Assembly (NCBI GenBank): GCA_947454235.1
Contig: CANGIY010000019.1
Span: 627-64,626, forward strand
Source of the DNA: Chitinophagaceae bacterium
GTDB lineage: Bacteria; Bacteroidota; Bacteroidia; Chitinophagales; Chitinophagaceae
Reading direction: 5' to 3'
DNA: 64,000 bases
The notes beneath the pieces are model-generated. The model ran no database searches. It was given only the letters and a program-made list of their open reading frames with translations, and was not told the DNA's origin. Each line of letters opens with the position of its first letter. Position 1 is the first letter of the stretch. A program made the position numbers and the translations under genes. This document shows, one piece after another, positions 39,151 through 49,300 of the stretch.

Positions 39151-39223
39151 AGCGGGAGACGAGGCTCGAACCCGCGACCTACAGCTTGGAAGGCTGTCGC
39201 TCTACCAACTGAGCTACTCCCGC
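39151..39223 (-). tRNA. tRNA-Gly (anticodon TCC)
   Basis: Acceptor GCGGGAG/CTCCCGC, anticodon stem ACAGC/GCTGT with loop CTTCCAA, and T arm GCGGGTTCGAGCCCG. Confidence 0.9.
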
Positions 39224-39232
39224 TTGTTACTT

Positions 39233-39240
39233 CAAAAATA
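39233..39240 (-). promoter_or_regulatory. candidate internal -7 box (TATTTTTG) 9 nt upstream of tRNA-Gly
   Basis: TAnnTTTG on the minus strand, fused to the T-run of the preceding hairpin. Confidence 0.35.
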
Positions 39241-39266
39241 AAAACTTCCCCGAAAGGAAGTTTTTT
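39241..39266 (-). terminator. terminator-like hairpin between tRNA-Tyr and tRNA-Gly
   Basis: AACTTCC-CCGAAA-GGAAGTT stem flanked by A/T runs. On the minus strand it is followed by TTTTTATTTTT. Confidence 0.4.
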
Positions 39267-39267
39267 G

Positions 39268-39350
39268 TGGGCAGAGAAGGATTCGAACCTCCGAAGTCGT
39301 AAGACAGCAGATTTACAGTCTGCCCCCGTTGGCCGCTTGGGTATCTACCC
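39268..39350 (-). tRNA. tRNA-Tyr (anticodon GTA), long variable arm
   Basis: Acceptor GGGTAGA/TCTGCCC (one G-U pair), anticodon stem GCAGA/TCTGC with loop CTGTAAA, a long variable arm, and T arm GGAGGTTCGAATCCTTC. Confidence 0.9.
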
Positions 39351-39438
39351 GAAATAAAAAAGCAAAAATTAAAACGAAAATGGTCGAAACAAAGCCAACC
39401 GTTGTTATTTTAACTTTTGCTTTTTATCCGTTTTCCTG

Positions 39439-39511
39439 AGCCACTTGCCGGAATCGAACCAGCGACCTACTGATTACAAATCAGTTGCTCTACCAGCTGA
39501 GCTAAAGTGGC
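39439..39511 (-). tRNA. tRNA-Thr (anticodon TGT)
   Basis: Acceptor GCCACTT/AAGTGGC, anticodon stem ACTGA/TCAGT with loop TTTGTAA, and T arm GCTGGTTCGATTCCGGC. Confidence 0.9.
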
Positions 39512-39550
39512 TTTTTAAAGAACTTCTTTCGTTGTTTTCGAAAGGGATTG

Positions 39551-39581
39551 CAAAGGTAAGCAGCATTTTTATTCCTGCAAA
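39551..39581 (-). promoter_or_regulatory. Bacteroidota-type promoter for the tRNA cluster (TTTG-N19-TACCTTTG)
   Basis: The minus strand reads TTTG CAGGAATAAAAATGCTGCT TACCTTTG. Both consensus elements are present at the canonical 19-nt spacing, with the -7 box 39 nt upstream of tRNA-Thr(TGT). Confidence 0.55.
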
Positions 39582-39694
39582 CTTTTTTTCCAAAAAATTT
39601 CAAATAATTTTTCGAATAATGCTTTCAGCCCCCTAGTTCCAAAAAGAACATGCCTTTATTTTGTCTTAAAAGTAAAACATTATTACTTTGCAAT

Positions 39695-42190
39695 ATGGCT
39701 AAACCATCAAAAAATAAGTCAAATACACAAGGTGCTGCTCAACAGGTTCAGGAAACACCATCTGTAACTAATGCTGGTACCACTTCAGGCAATAGTGCAA
39801 CAGTACCGGGTGTTGACGGACTTGCGGAAAAATTGAAAGGAAAGGAGACATGGGTAGTGCTTGGTGCATTAATGCTTACTTGCCTCATTGTTTTCAGGGA
39901 TTTTATTTTTTTGGATAAAGTTTATCTGTACACCGACATTGGCAGCGACTCGATCAATATATACTTCCCGTGGTTGGTGCATATGACCGAGTATATGAAA
40001 CACACAGGTGTACCAACCTGGACTTTCTCGCAGGGTCTTGGTCAAAATCTGTTTCCGTTCTGGCTGGGTGACTTCTTCTCTAATTTCATGATGCTGTTTG
40101 ACAAAAGCAGGCTGCCATATATGATCGGGTACATGGAGGTTTTAAAAGTGATTTTAGGAGGGTTTGTTTTTTACAAATACCTGTGTGAAATGAACATCAG
40201 CAAATATGTAGCCGGTATTGGCGGTTATCTCTTTGCGTTTTCAGGTTATATTGTTCTGGGTAGTTGCTGGACAGTGTTTTCAGCCGAAGCAGTTTATGTG
40301 AGTTTGATTTTATTGGGCTTTGAACGGTGGATGAATAGGGGTAGGTTCCTTTGGTTTGGTGTAGGTTTAACTGCTATTTCTATGCTCCAGCCTTTCTTAT
40401 TGTTCCCTTACACATTATTATTGGCATTTTATGTTCCTGTTCGTTTCTATGACAAGTTTGGTGCAGAGTGGGGCAAGTTTGCTGTATTTGCATTAAAGAC
40501 TGTTGGTATTGCAGTGGTGGCAGTTGCTATTGGTGGCTATCAATTATTCCCCGATTTGCTTCAATATATTGAGAGTCCTAGGGTTGGTGGTGAAGCTACA
40601 TTGTCGAAAATGTTGAAGTCTAACCCAATGTTTGGTACGGCTATTCCGGCTTTAAAAAGTACAACATCGCTCAGGGCTTTCGGGGCAGATTTGTTGGGTA
40701 CAGGTTTAGATTTTAAAGGTTGGAATAATTACCTCGAGGCTCCTTTGTTTTATTGTGGAGTCATAAGCCTGGTGGCATTCCCGCAAGTATTTGTGAACGT
40801 AGATAAAGGAAAAAGGATTGCTCTGGGTATTTTAATGGGTGTGTTCTGTATTCCTATTTTGTTCCCGTATTTCCGTTATGCATTTTGGGCTTTTACCGGT
40901 GATTATTTCAGGACATTTTCTTTCGTGATTGTTTTATTAATGTTGTTCTTCACTACACGTGCCATTGATGGTATCATGAAAGAAGGAGGAAAATTGAATC
41001 TCATCGTGTTAGGAGGTACAGTGCTTTTCTTACTATTCTTATTGTACGGTCATCCTGAAGAAATCGAACAAGGTATTAATTCATCGGCTAGGTCAGTTGC
41101 AACAGTGCTGGTATTGGTGTATGCTGGTTTATTATATGGTCTATCAACCAAAACGAGTATGCGGAAAATGGCAATCACCGGGCTTGCTGTTTTGGTGGGT
41201 ATAGAAGCCATTATGAACTCTTCGACCACAGTTAACGATCGCGGAATTGTAACTGCCGAACAGGTGACCGCAAAAGTGGGTTATAACGACTATAGTCAGG
41301 ATGCAGTTGATTTCGTGAAGAAAAATGAGAAAGGATTTTATCGAGTTAATAAAGACTATGGTTCAGGTTTAGCAGTACACGGTAGCATCAATGATGGCAA
41401 GGTGCAGGGCTTTTTCGGAACCCAATCTTATTTCTCATTCAACCAAAAGAACTATATCAGGTTCCTGGGCGACCTCAATATTATTGATCCTACAAATGAA
41501 AATGCTACCCGTTGGGCACGCGGCGTAGGTGGTCGTCCGTTACTGATGTGTTTGACAAGCAACAAGTATTGGATTGCTAAAAAGAACTCAGATTTCTTGC
41601 TGCATTACGGTTACGATTTGGTGCAGAAATTCAACGATATTACACTCTATAAAAACAAGTATTCTCTGCCGTTGGGCATCACTTTCGATAAAGTAATGGA
41701 CACAGGGTTGTTCAAGAAAATTTCGATGATGCGCAAAGACCAGATTTTAATGCAGGCTGCGGTGGTTGAAAACAAAGAACTCATGGATGGGTTCCAGATG
41801 GTGGATTCAAATATAGCGTCTGATAACTTCAACTACGATTCTGTTTGTATTGCTGCCATCAACGCGCATCACGATAGTCTGAAAATTACTTCGTTCAAAG
41901 AAAACCACATACAGGGTGAAATAGATGTGCCGAAGCCGCAAATTTTGTTCTTCAGTTTCCCTTACGATGAGGGCTGGTCGGTGACAGTGAATGGCACTAA
42001 AACACCTTTATATAAAGTTGATTGCGGACTCACAGGTTTAAAAATACCGGCTGGAAAAAACAATATAGACCTCGTTTTTGAACCACGTTACAAAAAAGAA
42101 GGTGGTATGGCTTCATTGGGTGGGCTTGTGATTTTCATTGGTTTGTTGGTGGCGGGTAGATTCATGCAGAAGAAAGAAAGCGTTGCATAA
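39695..42190 (+). CDS. YfhO-family polytopic membrane protein (GT-C-like), paralog 2, with low-complexity N-terminal extension
   Basis: ATG at 39695 (MAKPSKNKSN...). About 55 aa of S/T/G/Q-rich cytoplasmic tail, then YLYTDIGSDSINIYFPW...WTFSQGLGQN, more than 12 TM helices and a C-terminal soluble domain plus a final TM. Confidence 0.6.
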   Translation: MAKPSKNKSNTQGAAQQVQETPSVTNAGTTSGNSATVPGVDGLAEKLKGKETWVVLGALMLTCLIVFRDFIFLDKVYLYTDIGSDSINIYFPWLVHMTEYMKHTGVPTWTFSQGLGQNLFPFWLGDFFSNFMMLFDKSRLPYMIGYMEVLKVILGGFVFYKYLCEMNISKYVAGIGGYLFAFSGYIVLGSCWTVFSAEAVYVSLILLGFERWMNRGRFLWFGVGLTAISMLQPFLLFPYTLLLAFYVPVRFYDKFGAEWGKFAVFALKTVGIAVVAVAIGGYQLFPDLLQYIESPRVGGEATLSKMLKSNPMFGTAIPALKSTTSLRAFGADLLGTGLDFKGWNNYLEAPLFYCGVISLVAFPQVFVNVDKGKRIALGILMGVFCIPILFPYFRYAFWAFTGDYFRTFSFVIVLLMLFFTTRAIDGIMKEGGKLNLIVLGGTVLFLLFLLYGHPEEIEQGINSSARSVATVLVLVYAGLLYGLSTKTSMRKMAITGLAVLVGIEAIMNSSTTVNDRGIVTAEQVTAKVGYNDYSQDAVDFVKKNEKGFYRVNKDYGSGLAVHGSINDGKVQGFFGTQSYFSFNQKNYIRFLGDLNIIDPTNENATRWARGVGGRPLLMCLTSNKYWIAKKNSDFLLHYGYDLVQKFNDITLYKNKYSLPLGITFDKVMDTGLFKKISMMRKDQILMQAAVVENKELMDGFQMVDSNIASDNFNYDSVCIAAINAHHDSLKITSFKENHIQGEIDVPKPQILFFSFPYDEGWSVTVNGTKTPLYKVDCGLTGLKIPAGKNNIDLVFEPRYKKEGGMASLGGLVIFIGLLVAGRFMQKKESVA

Positions 42191-42191
42191 C

Positions 42192-43076
42192 ATGAAGACA
42201 ATTCTATTGACTGGTGGTTCGGGGTTTATTGGGAAAAATATTATGGAGTCTTACCTTACGGGTAAGTACAACATTGTAGCACCCCGCCGTGCCGAATTAG
42301 ATTGTTTTGATGATGAAAGTGTAGCCCGTTTTTTTGAAGGAAAACACTTCGATGTCGTAATTCACTCTGCCGCTAGGCCGGGGCATAGAAATGCAGGCGA
42401 TACAGCCGGGTTACTGCTCACCAATTCCCGTATGATGGCAAATTTGTTGCACCATCAGTTGCACTGGGGTAAGCTATTGAACATAGGCAGCGGTGCCGTT
42501 TATGATATGCGGCACTACGAACCTAAAATGCCTGAGACTTATTTTGGTAAACACATACCAATTGATGAACATGGTTACAACAAATACCTCCTGGGTAAAA
42601 TGTTGCCCTGCCTTAACAATGTGTATGATTTAAGATTGTTTGGCGTATTTGGGAAATATGAAGATTATGCGATTCGGTTTATCTCAAATGCGATTTGCAA
42701 AAGCATTTTCGATTTGCCGATTACCCTGCGACAAGACAGGAAATTCGACTACCTCTTCATTGACGATTTGCACTCGATTCTGGAATATTTTATTGAAAAC
42801 TCACCAGCCGAAAGAGCATTTAACATCACACCTGATGAGGCAGTCGGGCTGCTTGAAATAGCTCAAATAATAAAGCAGGTAGCAGGCAGCAAAATCCCTA
42901 TACAAGTTGCGACCGAAGAGTTGGGTATGGAATACAGCGGATCAAACAAATTATTGCGGGCGCATTTCCCTGATGTGCGATTTACACCTATAACGCAAGC
43001 AGTGGAAACGCTGTACAAATGGTATAACGAAAATAAGCAGTCGTTGAAAAAAGAACTTTTATTGACCGATAAATAG
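42192..43076 (+). CDS. NAD(P)-dependent epimerase/dehydratase/reductase (extended SDR)
   Basis: ATG 1 nt after the yfhO stop. TGGSGFIG Rossmann motif and a YLLGK (YxxxK) catalytic motif. Confidence 0.8.
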   Translation: MKTILLTGGSGFIGKNIMESYLTGKYNIVAPRRAELDCFDDESVARFFEGKHFDVVIHSAARPGHRNAGDTAGLLLTNSRMMANLLHHQLHWGKLLNIGSGAVYDMRHYEPKMPETYFGKHIPIDEHGYNKYLLGKMLPCLNNVYDLRLFGVFGKYEDYAIRFISNAICKSIFDLPITLRQDRKFDYLFIDDLHSILEYFIENSPAERAFNITPDEAVGLLEIAQIIKQVAGSKIPIQVATEELGMEYSGSNKLLRAHFPDVRFTPITQAVETLYKWYNENKQSLKKELLLTDK

Positions 43077-43077
43077 A

Positions 43078-44868
43078 ATGATTAAAGTAACTGACTACAT
43101 CGCAAAGCGACTTAAAGAGTATGGTGTCGAACACATATTTATGGTTACCGGTGGCGGTGCTATGCACTTGAACGACTCTTTGGGGCGCGATTTAAAATAC
43201 ATCTGCAATCACCACGAGCAGGCATGTGCTATTGCGGCTGAAGGCTATGCACGCATGGCGAATAAACTGGCTGTTGTGAATGTAACTACCGGCCCTGGTG
43301 GCTTGAATACGCTTAATGGTGTGCTTGGTCAATGGACCGATTCTGCGCCTGTGTTGTATATATCGGGGCAGGTAAAGTTTGAAACAACACTATCAAGCGT
43401 TCCGCATATAAAGGGGCTGAGGCAGTTGGGTGACCAGGAAGTTGATATTGTAAGCGTCGTAAAACCAATCACTAAGTATGCCGTGATGATTACCGATGCA
43501 AGCACAGTGCGCTACCATTTGGAAAAAGCAATTTACGAAGCGACAAATGGCAGGCCTGGCCCTGTGTGGATAGATGTGCCAATGAATATACAGGGTGCAC
43601 TTGTGAATGAGGCTGATTTAATGGGTTTTATGCCTGAGGCATCGCAACAAGCATCGTCGATATCATTTAAAGAAATTGCCGAAAAACTCAAAAATGCAAA
43701 ACGCCCTGTGATATTAGCGGGACATGGTATTCGCATTGCGGGGGCTATCACTGATTTTCTTAATTTGTTAGAGCAAGTGAATATACCCGTGGTGTCTACA
43801 TTCAATGGAGTTGATATTTTGAATGACAGTCACAAAAACTACATAGGTCGCTTCGGTACGTTAGGCAACAGAGCTGGTAATTTTTGCGTTCAGAATGCCG
43901 ATGTGTTAATTACTTTGGGCACGAGGAACAACATCAGGCAGGTGAGCTACAACTGGGAGTTTTTTGCAAGGGAAGCCTATAAAATTGTGGTTGACATTGA
44001 CCCTGCTGAACTCCAGAAGCCGCTTGTAAAACCTGATATGCCTGTTTGTATGGATGCGGGTACATTCATCAAAGGGTTGGTTGGTGAAATAGGCTCTTGG
44101 AACAAAGAACTACATAGCGAATGGCTGGGTTGGTGCAAAGAAAGAAAAGCAAAATATCCAACCGTTTTACCTGAATATAAGACACAGCAAGGACTGCACC
44201 CTTACTGGTTTAGTAAGGTACTCGGTGAAAAATTGCCCGGTGGGAGCGTAGTTGTGGCAGGTGATGGTACAGCATGCGTGGCTCCATTTCAATCAATGCC
44301 TATAACCAATAACATTCGTATGTTTTGGAACAGTGGTTGTGCCTCAATGGGCTACGACCTTCCTGCTGCTATTGGCGCGTGTGTTGCTAACAACTTTAAA
44401 GATGTTTTTTGTTTGGCAGGAGATGGAAGTATTCAAATGAACATTCAGGAATTACAGACGGTAATACATTACAAAATGCCGGTGAAAATTTTGTACCTTA
44501 ATAACGATGGCTATATCTCAATTAAGCAAACACAAGATGGTTTCTTTAATGGGCACCGAGTGGGATGCGATGCAAGGTCGGGTGTAAGTTTCCCGAATAT
44601 CATTAAGCTGGGGCAGGCATACGGTTTTGATACATTTACAATTGATAGTGCCGACAACCTTTCCGAAAAACTACAACAGCTCATTGACCACCAAGGACCA
44701 TTGATATGTGAAGTAGTGTTTAATCCTGATTATAAGTTTTTGCCAAAAGTATCGTCGCGCAGGCTGGAAGATGGCAGAATGGTCTCTGCGCCATTAGAGG
44801 ATTTGGCTCCATTCCTTGACAGAGAAGAATTTAGATCAAATTTGTTCATTAAAGAGATTAATAACTGA
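43078..44868 (+). CDS. thiamine-diphosphate-dependent enzyme, acetolactate-synthase-like three-domain architecture
   Basis: ATG 1 nt after the SDR stop. The N-terminal HHEQACAIAAEGYAR carries the catalytic Glu context. The ThDP-binding motif GDGSIQMNIQELQT...LNNDGY (GDG-X26-NN) is present. 596 aa. Confidence 0.8.
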   Translation: MIKVTDYIAKRLKEYGVEHIFMVTGGGAMHLNDSLGRDLKYICNHHEQACAIAAEGYARMANKLAVVNVTTGPGGLNTLNGVLGQWTDSAPVLYISGQVKFETTLSSVPHIKGLRQLGDQEVDIVSVVKPITKYAVMITDASTVRYHLEKAIYEATNGRPGPVWIDVPMNIQGALVNEADLMGFMPEASQQASSISFKEIAEKLKNAKRPVILAGHGIRIAGAITDFLNLLEQVNIPVVSTFNGVDILNDSHKNYIGRFGTLGNRAGNFCVQNADVLITLGTRNNIRQVSYNWEFFAREAYKIVVDIDPAELQKPLVKPDMPVCMDAGTFIKGLVGEIGSWNKELHSEWLGWCKERKAKYPTVLPEYKTQQGLHPYWFSKVLGEKLPGGSVVVAGDGTACVAPFQSMPITNNIRMFWNSGCASMGYDLPAAIGACVANNFKDVFCLAGDGSIQMNIQELQTVIHYKMPVKILYLNNDGYISIKQTQDGFFNGHRVGCDARSGVSFPNIIKLGQAYGFDTFTIDSADNLSEKLQQLIDHQGPLICEVVFNPDYKFLPKVSSRRLEDGRMVSAPLEDLAPFLDREEFRSNLFIKEINN

Positions 44869-44910
44869 TCTTTGCTATTTTAGCGTTTTCAAATTTTAAA
44901 AACTGAGCTC

Positions 44911-45735
44911 GTGAATACACTCGAAAGGAAAATGGTCGACCAATTAAAGGATTTGAAAGAAAATCACTTTGCAATTGGTATCAAGGCTGAATTTGAGGCC
45001 GAGGGAACGAGGCTTGAAGAAGCCCTTCGTCTGAAAGAAGTAATAACAAAAGCCGGGCTTGACCTCACTATTAAAATAGGCGGTTGCGAGGCTCTTAAAG
45101 ATATGTACGATTCCAGGTCAATTGGTGTTACGCGCATCGTTGGTCCGATGATTGAAACACCCTATGCACTGAAGAAGTTTTTGGCGTGCGCGAATCTGGC
45201 ATTTCCAGAGGAAGAACGCAAAGAAGTGGATTTCCTCATCAATGTTGAAACTATTTCAACGGTGAAAAATTTCGACGACATGCTTAAGTTGCCAAACATT
45301 GCTGAATTGAAGGGTATTGTTGTAGGCAGGGTTGATATGACAGGTTCAATGGGGCTAACACGTAACGACATCAATTCTGATACTGTTTTGGGTATCTGTG
45401 ATGAGGTACTTACAAAAGCGAAAGCATTTGATGCCAACATGGAATGCGTGATTGGCGGAGGTGTTTCTGCTGATTCTTTGCCATTTTTCGACAGGTTGCC
45501 GGCTAAACACCTCGATAAATTTGAAACCCGTAAAGTTTTATTCGATGGTCAAAAAGCAACACTTGCAAATGGCGGTGATAAGGGCATTTTGAAAGCTGTA
45601 GGTTTTGAATTAATGTGGCTGAAAAACAAACGTAACTTCTATGGTATGATATACAAGGAAGATGAAAACAGAATCAGCATGTTGCAACAACGATACGATA
45701 AACTCATTGCACAAGCCGGCGGTAACTACGAATAA
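44911..45735 (+). CDS. HpcH/HpaI aldolase / citrate-lyase-beta-like TIM-barrel protein
   Basis: VGPMIETPYAL, INVETISTVKNFDDM and GIVVGRVDMTGSMGL resemble the PMVE / IE / GxxDL motifs of the family. GTG start, with an alternative ATG at 44932. Confidence 0.55.
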   Translation: MNTLERKMVDQLKDLKENHFAIGIKAEFEAEGTRLEEALRLKEVITKAGLDLTIKIGGCEALKDMYDSRSIGVTRIVGPMIETPYALKKFLACANLAFPEEERKEVDFLINVETISTVKNFDDMLKLPNIAELKGIVVGRVDMTGSMGLTRNDINSDTVLGICDEVLTKAKAFDANMECVIGGGVSADSLPFFDRLPAKHLDKFETRKVLFDGQKATLANGGDKGILKAVGFELMWLKNKRNFYGMIYKEDENRISMLQQRYDKLIAQAGGNYE

Positions 45736-45737
45736 TA

Positions 45738-46160
45738 TTGGGTTTGATGAATTTGCAGGAGTTTAAAGATAGGGTGAAGGACGAAGAGCAGTTCAATATC
45801 TCGATAGATTTTGACGGCGTTATTCACCAACATTTTGGAGTAGGTGACGGCACGGTTAGTGGGGGAATTATTGATGGTGCTAAAGATGCTTTAGAGCAAC
45901 TTTCAAAAAAGTACCGCATTATTTTGTTCACTGCAAAAGCTAAACCTGACCGACCACTGGTGAATGGAAAGACTGGTATTGAACTGGTTTGGGAATGGCT
46001 CGAAAAACATGATGTAGCAAAATACATACATTCAATTACGAGCGAGAAGCCAAGAGCGGTTTGCTATATTGACGATAAGGCCGTTAGGTTTGTCAATTGG
46101 CAACAAACGCTTAGCGATGTTCAGGAGTTTTATTCTGAGGGGACCGGCTTTAGTGGTTAG
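45738..46160 (+). CDS. small HAD-superfamily phosphatase-like protein
   Basis: ISIDFDGVIH (DxDxV motif I), ILFTAK (motif II T) and K...CYIDDK (motifs III/IV). TTG start 2 nt after the aldolase stop, with an alternative ATG at 45747. Confidence 0.5.
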   Translation: MGLMNLQEFKDRVKDEEQFNISIDFDGVIHQHFGVGDGTVSGGIIDGAKDALEQLSKKYRIILFTAKAKPDRPLVNGKTGIELVWEWLEKHDVAKYIHSITSEKPRAVCYIDDKAVRFVNWQQTLSDVQEFYSEGTGFSG

Positions 46161-46183
46161 TTGAACAATATATTTCTTTCAAT

Positions 46184-46209
46184 GGGCGCTTAACTGCGCC
46201 CTTTTTTTT
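46184..46209 (+). terminator. intrinsic terminator closing the five-gene operon
   Basis: GGGCGC-TTAACT-GCGCCC hairpin followed by T8. Confidence 0.8.
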
Positions 46210-46214
46210 CATAA

Positions 46215-46247
46215 AATTTTGTAAAAGAATTTTGTAAAAGAATTTCG
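46215..46247. repeat. 13-nt direct repeat AATTTTGTAAAAG x2.5
   Basis: Two exact tandem copies plus a partial third, read directly from the sequence between the terminator and the next gene. Confidence 0.7.
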
Positions 46248-46365
46248 TTGTAATATTTTTTTCTTATCTTCGTAATGGTTTTTTTATGTTATAGTATTGT
46301 TGCCGAGTGTGGCGATGGAAAGAGTGATAGGAATGAGTGTATTGTAAACTACTAATTCCTTTTTT

Positions 46366-49300
46366 ATGAAAAAAAATTTATGCCTGGCAGCAGTTGTTAG
46401 CTTATTGCTAATTACCCCCTTTTTGTCCCATGCCCATAGGGATAAATTACACAAAATCAATAATCGTGCTGAATACGCAGTTGATGCTTCTCATCCGGAA
46501 ATGGATGGAGTCTCTGTCGATTCGTCTAAGGTAAATGTGAACTATCTTCAAAAAACTTCTTCGGGAGATATTTTCTATGCTTCCAAAGTGGGAATAGGGG
46601 GAGGCGATGGTTCTACCACAAGGTGGGTGATTCGGAAAATTGACCATACCACGCAAAAGGTCTTCTTAGTTGCAGGTAACACAGTGCCCGGTACAACCTC
46701 TGTGGCTAGTACTACTCCTCAGCTTGCTTCTTCAATAAAAATTTTAGATTGTGAAGGGTTGGGGATTAATCCAAGTGGTGATGTTCTTTTTGTCAGTAAT
46801 GGCAACTTGGTTAAAGTTGACCATAGCAATGGTCGTGCTGTAATAGTAGCTAGTTGCCCAACCAGTTCGGCATGCATTATGCCCAATGGGAAAATCTACT
46901 ATAATGGAAGTGGAACTTTACAGTTACTTACTCCGGTAGGTAGTAGCTATTCAACAAGCATACCAACAGTTAACCTCGGTGCAGGAAGCGCTCCGTTTTC
47001 CGCTACCAACATGACGCTGAAATGCGACCATCACAATAACCTGTTCATATTTGACGGTTCTCGTATTTTGAAAGTTGATACATCCGGAACGGCGACCGTT
47101 TTATTGAATTCAGTTCCTTCCCGAGATTCCCTGGTCGGTATTTATGATGATACAACTTATCTTTCATGTACTTCTGATGGTGTTAGTGTACGCTCAAAAT
47201 TTGCTCTCAACTCGAACAATTCAATAGGTAATGGAATTGTGGATTTCTGTGCTGATGATAGTGCCAACATTTATTACACCACAGGGGTCGGAATCAAAAA
47301 AGTGAATATAGCTACAGGTATGGTAAATACAGTAGCTGGAAATAACGTTTCCAATAATACTCCCGGTCATATTTCATCTTCGAATGACACACTATGTACC
47401 GATACGCTTAATCTTGGTTTTTCGGGTTTGTTGGTTGATTACGACGGTGGTTTAATGGCAAATACAGTTGATGGCAGAATTGTAAAGTTTGATGAGCTTT
47501 ATAATAACACAATGGTGGCTCGCGTCATTCATCACCGAACAACGCCACGAAATGCAATACCTGCTGTTTTGGGCACAAGTATTTATCTAACGCACATCAG
47601 AGGTGCTCATGTGGGCGATTCAGCTACTGTTTCGATAGTTTTTGGTGACGGTACAAATGGTCAAGTAAGATTGGCGTACTGGTCGTATATTGACGGGGGA
47701 GAAACTTTTTACGGCTTAGGAGATACTACTTCGAGTCATTTTAGTCATGTATACACCTATCCTGGAATTTATACGCAAAGCTACAACGTTGCTGACCCTG
47801 CCGGTCTGGTATTGGCAATTTCTGGAAATGCGCACAGGGTATCGGGTGGGGGAACACGAAATATAGAAAGAATTGCTCCAACAGATGAGGGAGTTGACCC
47901 ACCATCTGCCATTAGAACTAATTTGAGTATTATTTCACCTAACTGTTCACGCAATGTTCTTTTAAGAGTTGAGCTTTCTGGATATGGGTTTGCGCGCCAT
48001 TTATGCGATCCAAGTCATGATACGGTGTTCTTTAAGTGCAATTTGAACAATGGCTGTAATTTTGATACTGGAATTTACTCCAACTTTTTTGATTCAACCA
48101 TGGCTTTCAAAGTGGGAGGGTTCTCTTCTGCATTGTCATCGATTCAGTATGACTTATTTGACACGGTTTACTTTTACCCTTTCCATTTTGTTGATACAAT
48201 TGATGTAGACAGTTCTCGCTTTTTCTATGGTGATTCGACATTGAATGTCTTTAAAATGTTGTTTTCACCAATCGAGGTAATTTCTAGCAGTGATTTACTC
48301 CCGATGAATTATGAGTTCCGGTTCCAAACATCCAGTCCTGACGTTAACGAACCAAGAGAAACGGAAATTTGGGATGAATATCTTTTATGGGATTACAGAA
48401 CGTTTCGTTACAGTGTCACTCTTCGCCCTGTTCAATGCTGGAGACCAGCTTTGATAAAACGCGATTTATTGAATGTAGGGGTTGTTAGGCATTCAACTGC
48501 GTTATTCTCAATAGCTGATTACCTGTTTGGGAATTTCGGAAGCCTAAACACCGACACCGCAATTGTTGATTTTGGTGACGGGGCGCTCGGTGCCTACGTT
48601 TCATCAGCTCATACTGATGAACCTTTGGGTGGTCGTACTATCACTTTTGATACCATTCGTCACACTTATGCACATGATGGAATTTATCGGGTTAAAATAT
48701 ACCGACCTAGCGCTTCGGTAATTTGCGACACTTTATTTCGAGATGTTTACATAGGAAGCGTTTGCCCGTTAAATCTCGGCTATTACCAAGACGATAACTC
48801 CAATTGCCATCACGATAGTTCTGAGATTAATTTAAGAGAATGGTCTTCGGTACTAGTCGATGAAACAACACATGATACATCTGTTGTTTACAACGGCGGC
48901 TTGTATATAATTGACGGTCACGAGTATCGCCTGTTCCCAAATCCAACAGGGTTTTATCATTACCGTGGTGCCGATTCTTTGACATTGACTTGTTATGATA
49001 CGGCCAGTCTGCATTTTACCGCGCACTATCCAAATAGATATAATTTCGACTTTGGCTTTGGTTGCACTACGCGTTCAACTTTCGATGTTGGAATTAAAGC
49101 CTGGGCACATGCTTTTATTCCTGGTGATACTGGTGTAATAAGTGCATGGAGTTCTAATGCATTTGGTTATACTTGTGGCAATGACAGTGCAACTGTGATA
49201 ATGACACTTGATTCAGCACTTACATATGTAGGTATGCAGGAAGGTCCAAATCCTACTTCTATTACAGGAAATATTTTGAGGTGGGATTTCCATACAGCAA

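Noticed and set aside
39064-39636. Plus-strand ORFs of 97 and 63 aa across the tRNA cluster
   Set aside because: They read straight through tRNA-Gly, tRNA-Tyr and tRNA-Thr on the opposite strand. They are artefacts of stop-free tRNA sequence.
43078-45735. Phosphonate pathway reading: the aldolase-like gene as PEP mutase plus the ThDP enzyme as phosphonopyruvate decarboxylase
   Set aside because: The ThDP protein has the ~600-aa three-domain ALS-like layout rather than the ~380-aa decarboxylase size. The 274-aa protein shows HpcH-type motifs and no PEP-mutase signature that I can see. No aminotransferase or phosphonate tailoring gene is present. An HMM search is still worth running.
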